From Eledone cirrhosa (lineage: Eukaryota), in the NCBI GenBank assembly GCA_964016885.1, contig CAXHJY010001547.1, forward strand, positions 111,342 through 175,341: a stretch of 64,000 bases of DNA. The letters are read 5' to 3'. Under the pieces are notes generated by a model. It was not told the origin of the DNA and ran no database searches. It saw only the letters and a list, made by a program, of their open reading frames with translations. The translations under genes and the position numbers were made by a program. Each line of letters starts with the position of its first letter. The first letter of the stretch is position 1. Below are positions 1 through 10,063 of this stretch, piece after piece.

Positions 1-251
1 TATGTATATATATATGTATATATATATATATATATGTGCATGCTACTGTACGTCTGTATACATATATGTATGTACGTATACATGCATACTTACATTTAAG
101 TAAGTGCCATACTAAGAGTGAGAAATGAAATTTCGTTTTCATTTTGTTTCAATTTATCGTTTTCGGTATGCCTGACCGATTTAACTCACTCAATATGCAA
201 ATTAGGCTGCTCAGCCGTTAATTTTCATAAGGAAAGTATATACTTTCGAAC

Positions 252-338
252 GTTCAACTATCTGGCAGATGGGTAAACGGTGCTGATGATAGCTAACAAG
301 CTTGAAACTAGTACATCGTTCCTGTGTCAGTGTTGAAC
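252..338 (+). ncRNA. Type I hammerhead ribozyme, repeat copy 1
   Basis: Stem I AACGGTG(276-282)/CATCGTT(314-320); core CTGATGA 283-289; stem II AGCT-aaca-AGCT; GAAA 304-307; stem III palindrome ACTAGT; GTA cleavage triplet 311-313. Helix I extends via ATGGG/CCTGT, CTGGC/GTCAG and GTTCAAC/GTTGAAC. Confidence 0.85.
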
Positions 339-717
339 AAAAAGGTGACGTGGTTGCCTTAACACCGTATGGCATAAATTCAGGCTGTTCAGTTTGTTTA
401 CAAACGAACAAAGCGACGTTAGCGCCGCTAAACTGATACGTGCATATATGTATGTGTACCTGTATGCATATGTATATATATATGTATATATATATATATA
501 TGTGCATGCTACTGTACGTCTGTATACATATATGTATGTACGTATACATGCATACTTACATTTAAGTAAGTGCCATACTAAGAGTGAGAAATGAAATTTC
601 GTTTTCATTTTGTTTCAATTTATCGTTTTCGGTATGCCTGACCGATTTAACTCACTCAATATGCAAATTAGGCTGCTCAGCCGTTAATTTTCATAAGGAA
701 AGTATATACTTTCGAAC

Positions 718-804
718 GTTCAACTATCTGGCAGATGGGTAAACGGTGCTGATGATAGCTAACAAGCTTGAAACTAGTACATCGTTCCTGTGTCAGTGTT
801 GAAC
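718..804 (+). ncRNA. Type I hammerhead ribozyme, repeat copy 2
   Basis: Identical to 252-338 shifted by 466; predicted cleavage after 779. Confidence 0.85.
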
Positions 805-1207
805 AAAAAGGTGACGTGGTTGCCTTAACACCGTATGGCATAAATTCAGGCTGTTCAGTTTGTTTACAAACGAACAAAGCGACGTTAGCGCCGCTAAACT
901 GATACGTGCATATATGTATGTGTACCTGTATGCATATGTATATATATATGTATATATATATATATATGTGCATGCTACTGTACGTCTGTATACATATATG
1001 TATGTACGTATACATGCATACTTACATTTAAGTAAGTGCCATACTAAGAGTGAGAAATGAAATTTCGTTTTCATTTTGTTTCAATTTATATATATATATA
1101 TATATATATAACGTACGGCTTTGTTTGACTCAACAAGATGCTTCCATAGTTATGCAGCGAGTTCGCGGTAATTCCTATGCAGGTTATACTTAGAGTAATA
1201 ATAGTGA

Positions 1208-1397
1208 AATAATTGTTTCTATTTTAGGCACAAGGCCAGCAATTACCCAGTACATTACTGGTACTTTATTTTATCGACCCCGTAAGGATGAAAGGCAAAG
1301 TTAACCTCTGCGGGATTTGAACTCAGATCATAAAGGGACGTAACTCTGTGCTTCAAAGCATGGTGTCCGATTCTCTACCGATACTGCCAATCCACCG
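1208..1397 (-). mobile_element. tRNA-derived SINE (family A), full length
   Basis: The reverse complement has A-box-like TGGCAGTATCGG, B-box GAGTTCAAATCC, central GCCTTTCATCCTTACGGGGTCGATAAAATAAAGTACCAGT and a GAAACAATTATT tail. Seven more copies are in the window. Confidence 0.85.
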
Positions 1398-1642
1398 TGA
1401 AAGAATGAAGAGTAACATCGTTGGCTGTACAATAAGGGTCTAGAGGTCGCTAATCGCTCGAAGTTGCGTCACTCGATCTACGTACTCTGATGTGTTGACC
1501 AGAGGTAAATAATGTATTGGAGATCGAGTGATGCAACTTCAAGTGATTAGCGACCTCTAGACTCACCTGATCAATGAAACAATTGTCAGTACTTGAAATA
1601 AAGCTCCTTATTGTACAGTCAACCATGTTACTCTTCATTCTT

Positions 1643-1646
<4 letters not shown>
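1397..1646. mobile_element. Inverted pLTR-like fragment pair (PLE-associated)
   Basis: 1397-1437 is the reverse complement of 1604-1646, and 1438-1479 of 1521-1562. The segment contains an HHR plus AATAAA and ends in (TA)n. Confidence 0.65.
1482..1592 (+). ncRNA. Type I hammerhead motif with long stem II and A9U core change (probably decayed)
   Basis: GTACT-CTGATGT-(GTTGA...TCAAT)-GAAAC-AATT-GTC-AGTAC. Confidence 0.65.
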
Positions 1647-1689
<43 letters not shown>

Positions 1690-1745
1690 CACACGATTTC
1701 ATATCAAAAACCTCGCAAAACTAATTCATCGCCGTTATATATATA

Positions 1746-1798
<53 letters not shown>

Positions 1799-1979
1799 CG
1801 AAGGAAATGTGGTAAGGAACCAGGTGGACCATAACGCACCAAAGTACTCAATACTTGAGGTAGTAGAGTGGGTAATAGGAACCAGTAAGACCCCGACAGC
1901 TGAGCTCAAGCCGTTTCGACGGCTAATTCTGGACTAAATGAAAATTTATCCTGGTATTTAAATAGCCGATATTGGTGCT

Positions 1980-2063
1980 TTTTTGGTGCTTATCAAAGCT
2001 AACTACTCCACCTGTTATGAGTAGTTAACAGGTGGAGTAGTTAGCTTTGATAAGCACCAAAAA
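1980..2063. repeat. Perfect 38-bp inverted repeat with 8-nt spacer
   Basis: 1980-2017 TTTTTGGTGCTTATCAAAGCTAACTACTCCACCTGTTA is the reverse complement of 2026-2063. Confidence 0.9.
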
Positions 2064-2087
2064 GTGCGAAACAGAGCTCTGTCAGCT
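2043..2087 (+). ncRNA. Type I hammerhead with U3-A8 variant core
   Basis: AGCT-TTGATAA-GCAC(caaaaa)GTGC-GAAACAGAGCTCTGTC-AGCT; palindromic stem III and GUC site. Confidence 0.75.
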
Positions 2088-2299
2088 TTATCTCCCCTGT
2101 TTGCTGAAAATTAAAGTAAGTGAGACTGTCACTACCCTAAAAGAATAGCGTAAGGTCTTCGAAATGCTTTTAATTAAGCATACAGTGTATTGCAAAATAC
2201 ACTATATATACATACATAATTATGTGTATCTATAGATATATATGTGTGTCTGTGCGTGTGTATATCTATATCTATCTATATATATATATATAAATACAG

Positions 2300-2354
<55 letters not shown>

Positions 2355-2596
2355 TACATACATACATATAATTATACATATATGTATCCATTTATCTATC
2401 TAATTATTTACACACACACACGCAATTCGCCAACACTACACCTGATATTTCCCCCTCCATACACACGCACACTTGTATATCATGACTCATACACTGTTCA
2501 CTTTCCTGACATTTGTACATTATTCTATGTACTATACATGCACCTTTGATGAGTTGTAGTGCACCTGAGCACTGCACACAATAGTAATAATTATTA

Positions 2597-2687
2597 TTGA
2601 CTTTGCCTTTCATCCTTACAGGGTCGATAAAATAAAGTACCAGTAATGCACTGGGTATTTGCTGGCCTTGTCCCTAAAGTAGAAACA

Positions 2688-2758
<71 letters not shown>
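2597..2758 (+). mobile_element. 5'-truncated SINE family A with expanded (ATT)n tail
   Basis: GCCTTTCATCCTTACAGGGTCGATAAAATAAAGTACCAG...GAAACA(ATT)n. Confidence 0.85.
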
Positions 2759-2765
<7 letters not shown>

Positions 2766-2770
2766 TATAT

Positions 2771-3025
2771 TGTTACACTTTGGGAGGGTCATGCTGTCAA
2801 TAAAACCACATGCACCTGTTGGTTTTCACTTCAATTTATTATCAATTTCCGGTTGGTTTGCTCGATAACCGGAAGATTGTTTATATATTATCAAAGCTCT
2901 TTCGTCACCTTCTGTGACCTCCTCAGTGACTGGTTTTTATTTTGAGTCACTCGTTTGTTCTGTCCTACACCATCTTTTTTTGCGTGTGTTGTGTGCTTAG
3001 TTTGGTTTGCGCATGTGTTACACCA
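2771..3025 (-). mobile_element. pLTR/3' end fragment related to the PLE at 9912-11358
   Basis: Diverged match to 9913-10205; starts at (TA)n. Confidence 0.75.
2890..2930 (-). ncRNA. Minimal type I hammerhead in PLE terminal repeat
   Basis: Minus strand: GTCA-CTGAGGA-gGTCAC(agaag)GTGAC-GAAAG-ag-CTT-TGAT. Confidence 0.6.
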
Positions 3026-3242
3026 AAGCTAATAGTAAACAAATTTGGTTGGTTTGAACTCCCACTGGTTTCAACTCCGTATAGTGTTGACGGCTGAGGT
3101 AGTCGGGGACTGGTAGCTAGATAGAACAAATAAGATTGGTAGTATTCTGGGGTAGTTGGTGGTCAGCCAACCACACTTCTGCGTCTGCGTAGCGCTGGCG
3201 GGAGGTTATGCCCCGGAAATATTACGTTTTACTCAACTTTTA

Positions 3243-3291
3243 CTGTTTGAAGAAATTACGATATCTATCGTCGTGGAAATATGTATAACGG
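3243..3291 (+). ncRNA. Degenerate type I hammerhead (C3U)
   Basis: CTGT-TTGAAGA-..ACGAT(atct)ATCGT..-GAAAT-atgt-ATA-ACGG, followed by AATAAA. Confidence 0.5.
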
Positions 3292-3711
3292 CTCAATTAA
3301 TAAAAGACTCTAACATCTACAACTTCGCATTTTCCTCATATATATATATATATATAGTAATAATAATAAATTTGACGTATTATCTTCGTTTTTTTCCGTT
3401 CTTTGCCAGGGAACGTTTCCACGAACCAAAGTATCGTCTTCCTGTCTTCCTTCGGTTGCAACGTTTTTTGAAATATTTACTTCTGCGTTCACAGATTGAC
3501 TTTTTTTGTTTCAGAAGATCCCGTTAAGGGTGAAAGCAGCGATTCTTTGCTTAAACTTTAATCTGTTATTTTAATAAAAAAAAAAATTAAAAAAAAAAAA
3601 AATATATATATATATATATATACGTAGGTCCCGGGTTGAGTCGGGGATAACCACAGTAAGTAAGGTACTCAATACATGGCAGAGTAAAAATTTTTTTATT
3701 TTATAGAAGGA

Positions 3712-3760
3712 GCTTCTACAGGACTAGTACTGTTTCATTCAGATGAAATCTTCAGGAAGC
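3712..3760 (-). ncRNA. Type I hammerhead ribozyme (inverted copy)
   Basis: Reverse complement of 3767-3815. Confidence 0.8.
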
Positions 3761-3766
3761 CCTGAA

Positions 3767-3815
3767 GCTTCCTGAAGATTTCATCTGAATGAAACAGTAC
3801 TAGTCCTGTAGAAGC
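3767..3815 (+). ncRNA. Type I hammerhead ribozyme
   Basis: GCTTC-CTGAAGA-tTTCAtcTGAAt-GAAACAG(tactagtc)CTGTA-GAAGC; 4-bp stem III and GUA site. Confidence 0.8.
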
Positions 3816-3870
3816 TCCTTCTATAATATATATATATATATAAGGGAATAAAGAATCAGTGTTGTATCAG

Positions 3871-3964
3871 AACATATTACATATGTTTCACTGTCGATCA
3901 GCTCGAGGAACGATCTATTAATGATCCAACCTGACTCTGGAATCGGAAGCTCCTCAGATATGTT
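3871..3964 (-). ncRNA. Type I hammerhead ribozyme with long stem II
   Basis: Minus strand: AACATAT-CTGAGGA-GCTtcCGAT...ATCGacAGT-GAAAC-ATAT-GTA-ATATGTT; 7-bp stem I and palindromic ATAT. It lies in a ~150-bp insert between (TA)n tracts. Confidence 0.8.
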
Positions 3965-3990
3965 TTAACATGTAGACTCGCGTTTACATG

Positions 3991-4086
<96 letters not shown>

Positions 4087-4323
4087 ATATATATATATAT
4101 ATATATACCATTTATGTTAAGCTGTTTACCAATGGGTAGAACTGGTGGTTCGGGTTGGTAAACGATGATGCAACAAATTAATTAAAGCACTCAACGTTAT
4201 GTAAGCCATCCATCATAGATGTGGTATCCAGTGGTTGGTGCAGCAACGGAGTTAAGTATTCATTAAAACAACAACAGAAGGCTGGACTGGAAAATTTACT
4301 TTAGAGTTTTAATTCCGCAAAAC

Positions 4324-4394
4324 CACTAAGTATATTTCAATGGCCCAGCTTTATCATCCGATTATGATGCACGATTAGGCGATATCATCAGGTG
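4324..4394 (-). ncRNA. Degenerate hammerhead-like motif
   Basis: Minus strand: CAC-CTGATGA-..GCCTA..TGGGC..-GAAATATACTTA-GTG; stem III is mismatched. Confidence 0.4.
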
Positions 4395-4539
4395 TTATTT
4401 GCAGAATTATGTAACAGGATTACGTTGAACCGAAACATAGAATAGAAGATAAAAAATAGTGGACCGATTGGACTCGATAAGGCTGCTTATTTGGTGTTAT
4501 ATTGATAGCAGACGGTTCCCTAATATATATATATATATA

Positions 4540-5818
4540 CGAAACTTGCAAAAAGACGAAAACCAATTGTGTAAATATACCCACACCGAACGACCTAAAA
4601 CTAAAACCGATCATAGCAGGCCTGAGTAACATTGCCTAAGTAACTTCTTAAACATCTTAATGAAACCTCTCTTCAAACACATTCGGAACTTCATACGAGA
4701 TGACTTAGATATATTCAACCATCTAGCAAATGAAGTAAACTAAAACATTTGCATTGTTCTATGGGATGTGGTTAACTTATATATTAACAACCAACTATGT
4801 AATCGAAGGTAGCAAATATTGGCTGGACTCATTCCCTTATAAACTACCAAACAGCATTGACAGAATTCCATCATAGATGGTCTTCAATTTACTTTAATAA
4901 ACAACTACTTCAAGAATCAGGAACAGTCATGGGGACAAAAGTTTCACAAACATACACCGACTTTGTCATGGGATACCATGACAACTCTACAACTCTACAA
5001 ACAAATCTCACAAATGTATGGAAGCAAATTCAATTGTTATATTTTAAAAAAATGGAAAAGATGCCTGGATGAGAGTTTTTTTCTGTGGAGGGAAAATCTT
5101 GACGAACTAAAGACATTTCAAACCCTCGTCAATAATATGAACCTTAACATACAATTCACTGTGAATTTCAGCAAGAAAATCTTCCCTTCTTAGATATAAT
5201 AACAAAACAAAACAAAAAGCTTGGAACTGATATATATTTTAAACCCACCAACTCCCGAGAATATATAATTTTACATCTTCTCATCCAACACACCCGTTCC
5301 AATATTCCACTTAACTTAGCTAAACGAACCTACACAATAGTTTCAAACACAATAATAAGAAACTAGAGATTAGAAGAGAAAAAAACTTAAGAGAAAATAC
5401 CCTCGGAATCTAATCAATAATAGTATTGAAATGGCAAAACAAATAAATATCCAAATACTCCGAGAAACACAGAAAAAAGGGTCATATTTCAACTTTTAAC
5501 CCAGAGAACACGGATTTCTACACAGACATACAACTAAACCTTCCTATCCTACTAAAGGACAAAAAAGTGAAAACCCTCTTACAAGAATACCTAATTATAA
5601 AAAGTAAACAACCCAAGTCACTAAAAAATATTCTAACAAATACAAAGCTTCAAACTGGAATTAATGAACCTGAATTGAAAAGATGCAACCGACCTGTGTG
5701 GTATGTAACTATCTATTAGAAAGCCAAGAATTCCACTTCAAAGAAAGTCTCATTTTAAAAATAAAAAAATGACTTCTCGTGCAACCCAGAAAATTTAATA
5801 TATATTAAAACATGTAAC
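4540..5818 (+). pseudogene. Decayed Penelope-like RT plus start of GIY-YIG endonuclease
   Basis: Frameshifted motifs in PLE order: LKPIIAG, MKPLFKHIRNFIRDDLD, WDVVNLY, QESGTVMGT..TY..VMG, WKRCLDE (degenerate RYxDD), NIQFT, LPFLD, IYFKPT, HP, KRCNRP, CNPENLIY..TC. Confidence 0.85.
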
Positions 5819-6006
5819 TAGATCTACCGACCTCTAAAAACCCAAACGGGGAGTACCATGAAAAAAAAGTGCCCCAGAACGGGGAGAAATGAGGCAAAAA
5901 TGGGGAGAATTTATATAATGAAAGCTACACCCCTTTTCACAAGAGAAGACATCTCCCAAAGTGGGTGGGAGATCTCCCCGTGGGACGGGGCGAGTTGACA
6001 GGTCTG
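5819..6006. mobile_element. Possible short non-autonomous DNA element (MITE-like) truncating the PLE
   Basis: Abrupt GC-richer insert with weak terminal inverted similarity, TAGATCTACCGAC / GTTGACAGGTCTG. Confidence 0.25.
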
Positions 6007-6312
6007 ATGTAACAGTGGTCAAACACGATTAACATTCCGACAAAGAAGAAAAAAAAATGTCTGTGTTTGAAATTCGCGTGTGGGTCCGTTTTTGTGGGCT
6101 TTTCAGGCCCTGGGTTCTTTCTTTTGCAGCATAAAAACAAGCCTAAATCGTACCTACGATACGAGATTCCATTCTGTTTTCGCAGAATTAAAAAAAGTAT
6201 TCTTTCTTTAACAATTTATTGTCATTAGCTTTACAGTGTTTAAATTCCTTATTAAATGTTATGTATAGCTCTATATACTATATATATATATATACACCTC
6301 TCTCTCTCTCTC

Positions 6313-8025
6313 CTCCTCGTCCACAGCTCCTCTACCCCCGGTTCACTTCCCTGCTCCAGGCCCCGTTGCCACACCTGCCCCCACATCACCAACACCACCA
6401 CCTTTCATGGTCCCAACGGCCACTCTCTCTCTGTCCGGCACGTCTTCCGCTGCACCTCCTCCAATCTAGTCTATGGACTTCGCTGCACGGAGTGTAGCGC
6501 AACCTACGTCGGACAGACTGGACGTCGCCTGGCGGACCGTCTCACGGAACACCTCCGGGATATTCGCCTCGGCGGGAGTTCCCCCATCGCCCGCCACTTT
6601 CGCTCCCCTGGACATTCCGCCCTCCACCTCACAGTCTGTGGCCTTCTCCAATTCCATGGAACACCCGCCACCCACCTCACGGTCGAACAACACACCATCT
6701 TCACCCCCCCCCCCCCCCGACCTGAACATTCCCACCCCTATTCCTTTAGCCTTCGACCGGCCACCCGACCGCCCACCCTTTCCCCACTAACACCTCTAAC
6801 GCCCCCCCCCCGGCCCATCCCACAACTAACATACTAACACCCCTACCCCACCCCTACCCCACCCCTCGACCCTCTCCCAACTAACTATACTAACAACCCC
6901 ACCTCTCCCCCTAACACGCACACACCCACCTGAACATATATACACGCACTCACACATATACACGCACTCACACTATCCACACACCCTACTACCACCACTA
7001 ACCCTCACCCACACATCCACTCCGACCACCCCACAACTAACATCACTAACCTCCCCCCGACCTCACGCACACGAACACAGACCATCACACACACACCCAC
7101 ACCTATGTACACCTCCAACTCCACACACCCAACCACCACTAACCCCCACTTACACACCCGCTTTCCACCCTTTCCCCATCACATGTAATACTAACACCCC
7201 CTTTACCACACACACACTCATCCAAACACGCACGCACACACCAGTACACTACACTCCCTCCTCCGTCCCAACACCTCTTCTCTCCCTCTCTCTCTCTCTC
7301 TCCCCCCTCTCTCTCCCCGCTCCACCCACACCCCTTTACGCACACACATCCCACTAACACCTCTACTAATATACACCTCATCGCCCCACTTCACCATCTT
7401 CCCGCTCCACCCTTCCCACCTACCCATCCTCTCCCCTGTCCACCACACCTTCGCACACACAGTCCTCACCTTACTCCACCTGTCATCCCACTCTACTGCT
7501 ATCTCTTCACCCCGCTCTACTGCTATCTCTACACCCTGTCTTGACCCTCTGACCACTTCCTGTTGCGCGCGCACCCCACTTCCCTCCACTTCCTACCACC
7601 ACCAACATTGGATTCTACACCTTCGGTCATCTCTCCAACCATCCACTCCATACCTTGAAAAATATCCAGCACCTCTCCACACATCTGACGGAACTACCTC
7701 AGGACCTTACCCACGAACATACACTCACACATTATTTTCGCACCACGCCACCCACATCCACACCACATATAAACACAAACACACACGTGCGTACCCCCCA
7801 CATATACACAACCTCCGGAATCCACACGCCACCTTCCCCACCCCTGACCTCTCTCCTTCCACACGCACGCACACATCGACTCACACCCCACCTCACGCAC
7901 ACACCTTTACCTGAACATAGAACCTCGTTCTTCCTCAAACTCTCACATACACACGCACACACACTCACGTACACCTACACACATACACACACACATACAC
8001 AAACACCACCTTCAGCCTTCCTCGC
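6313..8025 (+). mobile_element. 5'-truncated Penelope-like element: Zn-knuckle + GIY-YIG endonuclease (~6337-6703) and long C/A-rich 3' region
   Basis: CSRPRCHTC...CTSSNLVYGLRCTECSATYVGQTGRRLADRLTEH...ARHF is the PLE GIY-YIG pattern; the frame degrades at poly-C ~6704. Confidence 0.85.
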
Positions 8026-8275
8026 TGAAGAACAAAAACAAGATGGCGTAGGACAGAACAAAGGAGAGGCACAAAACCAAAGAAAAGAATCCCCAGTCAC
8101 TGAAGAGGTCACAGAATGTGTGACGAAAGAACTTTGACAATATATGAACAACCGTCCGGTTGTGGAACCAACCAACCAACCGGAAATTTATAAATTTAAT
8201 TTATAATAAATTGGAGTGAAAGCAGCTAGTGCGTGTGTTTCTTATTGGCAACATGACCCTCCCAAAGCATAACAA
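8026..8275 (+). mobile_element. pLTR/3' end copy of the 9912-11358 PLE family, opposite orientation
   Basis: Near-identical reverse complement of 9912-10170; ends TAACAA+(TA)n. Confidence 0.85.
8096..8138 (+). ncRNA. Minimal type I hammerhead in PLE terminal repeat
   Basis: GTCA-CTGAAGA-gGTCACA(gaatg)TGTGAC-GAAAG-aa-CTT-TGAC. Confidence 0.65.
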
Positions 8276-8304
8276 TATATATATATATATATATATAATA
8301 TTCA

Positions 8305-8569
8305 GAATATTAATAAATGAAGACATTCACATAATCAAAATATATGTTTTATTATATATATTTCGAAGGTACTGTGCTGTTTTTTCAGCACGTCCTCGTC
8401 AGATACAATACATGAATTGATGTATGACATACCTCAACGGTCTTGATAGTTCAATTCCAGTATTGCCAATACTGGAATTGAAAAACTGAAAAAACAGTAC
8501 AGTACCTCCGAAATATATATAATAAAACATATATTTTGATTATGTGAATGTCTTCATGTATTAATATTC
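8305..8569. repeat. ~84-bp imperfect inverted repeat with an inner perfect 16-bp hairpin (8450-8482)
   Basis: 8305-8388 pairs with 8486-8569; the inner hairpin is TTCAATTCCAGTATTG-c-CAATACTGGAATTGAA. Confidence 0.85.
8350..8405 (-). ncRNA. Type I hammerhead motif
   Basis: Minus strand: TAT-CTGACGA-..GTGCTG(aaaaaa)CAGCAC..-GAAAT-ATAT-ATA-ATA; stem I is short. Confidence 0.55.
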
Positions 8570-8824
8570 GATTCTCGGACTGGGTGATGCGTTGTGTCCT
8601 TGAGCAAGACACTTTATTTTATGTTGCTCCAGTTTACTCAGATGTAGAAATGAGTTGCGACATTACTGGTACCAAGCTGTATCAGCCATTGCCTTTCCCT
8701 TGAACAACATCAGTGGTGTGAACAACATCATGGTATGCATGGACGATTGTCGGTCTTCCACAACACAAACTTTACCCAGGCTTGTGTCTCGGAGGGAAAC
8801 TTTATTGGTGCAAAACCATGGTCA
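8570..8824 (+). mobile_element. SINE family B fragment (CORE-like centre)
   Basis: TTGTGTCCTTGAGCAAGACACTTTAT...GTTGCTCCAGT, shared with 62203-62245. Confidence 0.6.
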
Positions 8825-8877
8825 TATATAGCAAAGCTATATATATATATAGAGAGAGAGAGAGAAAGAGAGTCCGT

Positions 8878-9368
8878 TGTTAGAAGAGAAGTCTAATAAG
8901 GCCTCTCCATTCGTATTTAGATTGGGGTCACCATTCCTTCCAATCAATCCTTTCTATGTCATGTGGTCAGGGATAACATGTGCACTGAAGTCTCCCATCA
9001 GGATATATGACTCAGTCTTAACTACATCTAATGCTGTGGTGACTTCATGGAGGAAGGATCTGTATTAGGAGTCCTTGTTTGGTGCATAAACTTGCATCCC
9101 CATAGAGACCTATCTTTCAGCCTCAGCTTCAAGAGGCCAATCCTCCTTCCTAATGGGATCTAGTCCATAACACATTCTGACAGCCAGGAGCTTGTGAGTA
9201 TCCCCACTCCCTCTCCTGCAGTCTTGTGCCACACCTGAATAGTGGAGTTAACCATCCTCTATCCAAATCTACAGTACCAGAGGCACATAACTTAGTTGAG
9301 GAAATCCCAACTATATCTAGCTGGTAACATCTGGCCTCCTCCACTAGTTCCTGCTCCTTACCTTTAAA
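8878..9368 (-). pseudogene. Decayed LINE (RTE-like) apurinic endonuclease fragment
   Basis: Minus-strand motifs EQELVEEARCYQLDIVGISSTK, GVGIL, QVYAPN, LMGDFSAHV, IGRNG, NGEALLDF, with stops and frameshifts. Confidence 0.8.
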
Positions 9369-9383
9369 CTAACCTCGGATATG

Positions 9384-9537
9384 TTCTGAGTTCAAATCTC
9401 GCCGTGCTTAGCTTTGCCTTTCATACTTACGTAGTTGATAAAATAAAGTACCAGTAACGCACTGGGTCGACTTAATTGACTTTCTCCTCCCCTAAAATTG
9501 CTGGCCTTATGCCTAAATCAGAAACAATTATTATTAT
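9384..9537 (+). mobile_element. SINE family A, 5'-truncated
   Basis: B-box GAGTTCAAAT, central domain and (ATT) tail. Confidence 0.8.
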
Positions 9538-9550
9538 AATTATAATGGGG

Positions 9551-9745
9551 GGTGGATTGGCAGTATCGGTAGAGGGTCTGATGCCATGCTTTGCAGCATA
9601 GAGTTACGGCCCTTGCCATTCTGAGTTCAAATCCCGCCGAGGTTAACTTTGCCTTTCATCCCTACGGGGTCGATAAAATAAAGTACCAGTAATACACTGG
9701 GGTAATTGCTGGCCTTGTGCCTAACGTAGAAACAATTATTATTAT
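9551..9745 (+). mobile_element. SINE family A, full length
   Basis: GGTGGATTGGCAGTATCGGTAGAG...GAGTTCAAATCCCGCC...GAAACAATTATT. Confidence 0.85.
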
Positions 9746-9840
9746 AAAGAAAGAGATCACTATTATTATTATTATTAAAGTATTGAGCTAACTGCTTATA
9801 GCCTCAGATCTTTTTAACACTATATACATATGTATATATG

Positions 9841-9917
<77 letters not shown>

Positions 9918-10063
9918 ATATTTTGGGAGGGTCATGTTGCCAATAAGAAACACACGCACCAGTTGCTTTCACTTCAATTTATTATAATAAATTTATAAAT
10001 TTAGGAATTTATAAATTTCCGGTTGGTTTGTTGGTTCCATAACCAGATGATTGTTTATATATT

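Larger units (their letters stand above)
1..1088 (+). repeat. 466-bp tandem repeat (2 full copies 157-622 and 623-1088, plus a partial copy running off the window start), each full unit carrying a hammerhead motif
   Basis: Identical ORFs offset by 466 (211/677, 327/793, 394/860). The array ends at GTTTCAATTTA followed by (TA)n. Confidence 0.95.
3701..3826. repeat. Perfect 60-bp inverted repeat with 6-nt spacer
   Basis: 3701-3760 is the exact reverse complement of 3767-3826. Confidence 0.95.

Noticed and set aside
195-202. Octamer motif ATGCAAAT in the 466-bp unit
   Set aside because: A single 8-mer in AT-rich DNA with no other promoter evidence.
2546-2582. TTGATGA followed by a hairpin, as a possible hammerhead
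   Set aside because: No GAAA or stem III follows.
211-3527. YI/II-rich small ORFs
   Set aside because: Products of (TA)n and (ATT)n microsatellites.
7139-8175. His/Thr/Pro-rich and Val/Gly/Cys-rich ORFs
   Set aside because: Artefacts of C/A-skewed low-complexity sequence.
8317-8328. 12-bp match ATGAAGACATTC to the satellite monomer
   Set aside because: It does not extend on either side, so it is too short to support a PLE origin for the satellite.
9551-9640. tRNA gene at SINE heads
   Set aside because: The A/B boxes are spaced too widely, there is no cloverleaf, and each is followed by the SINE body.
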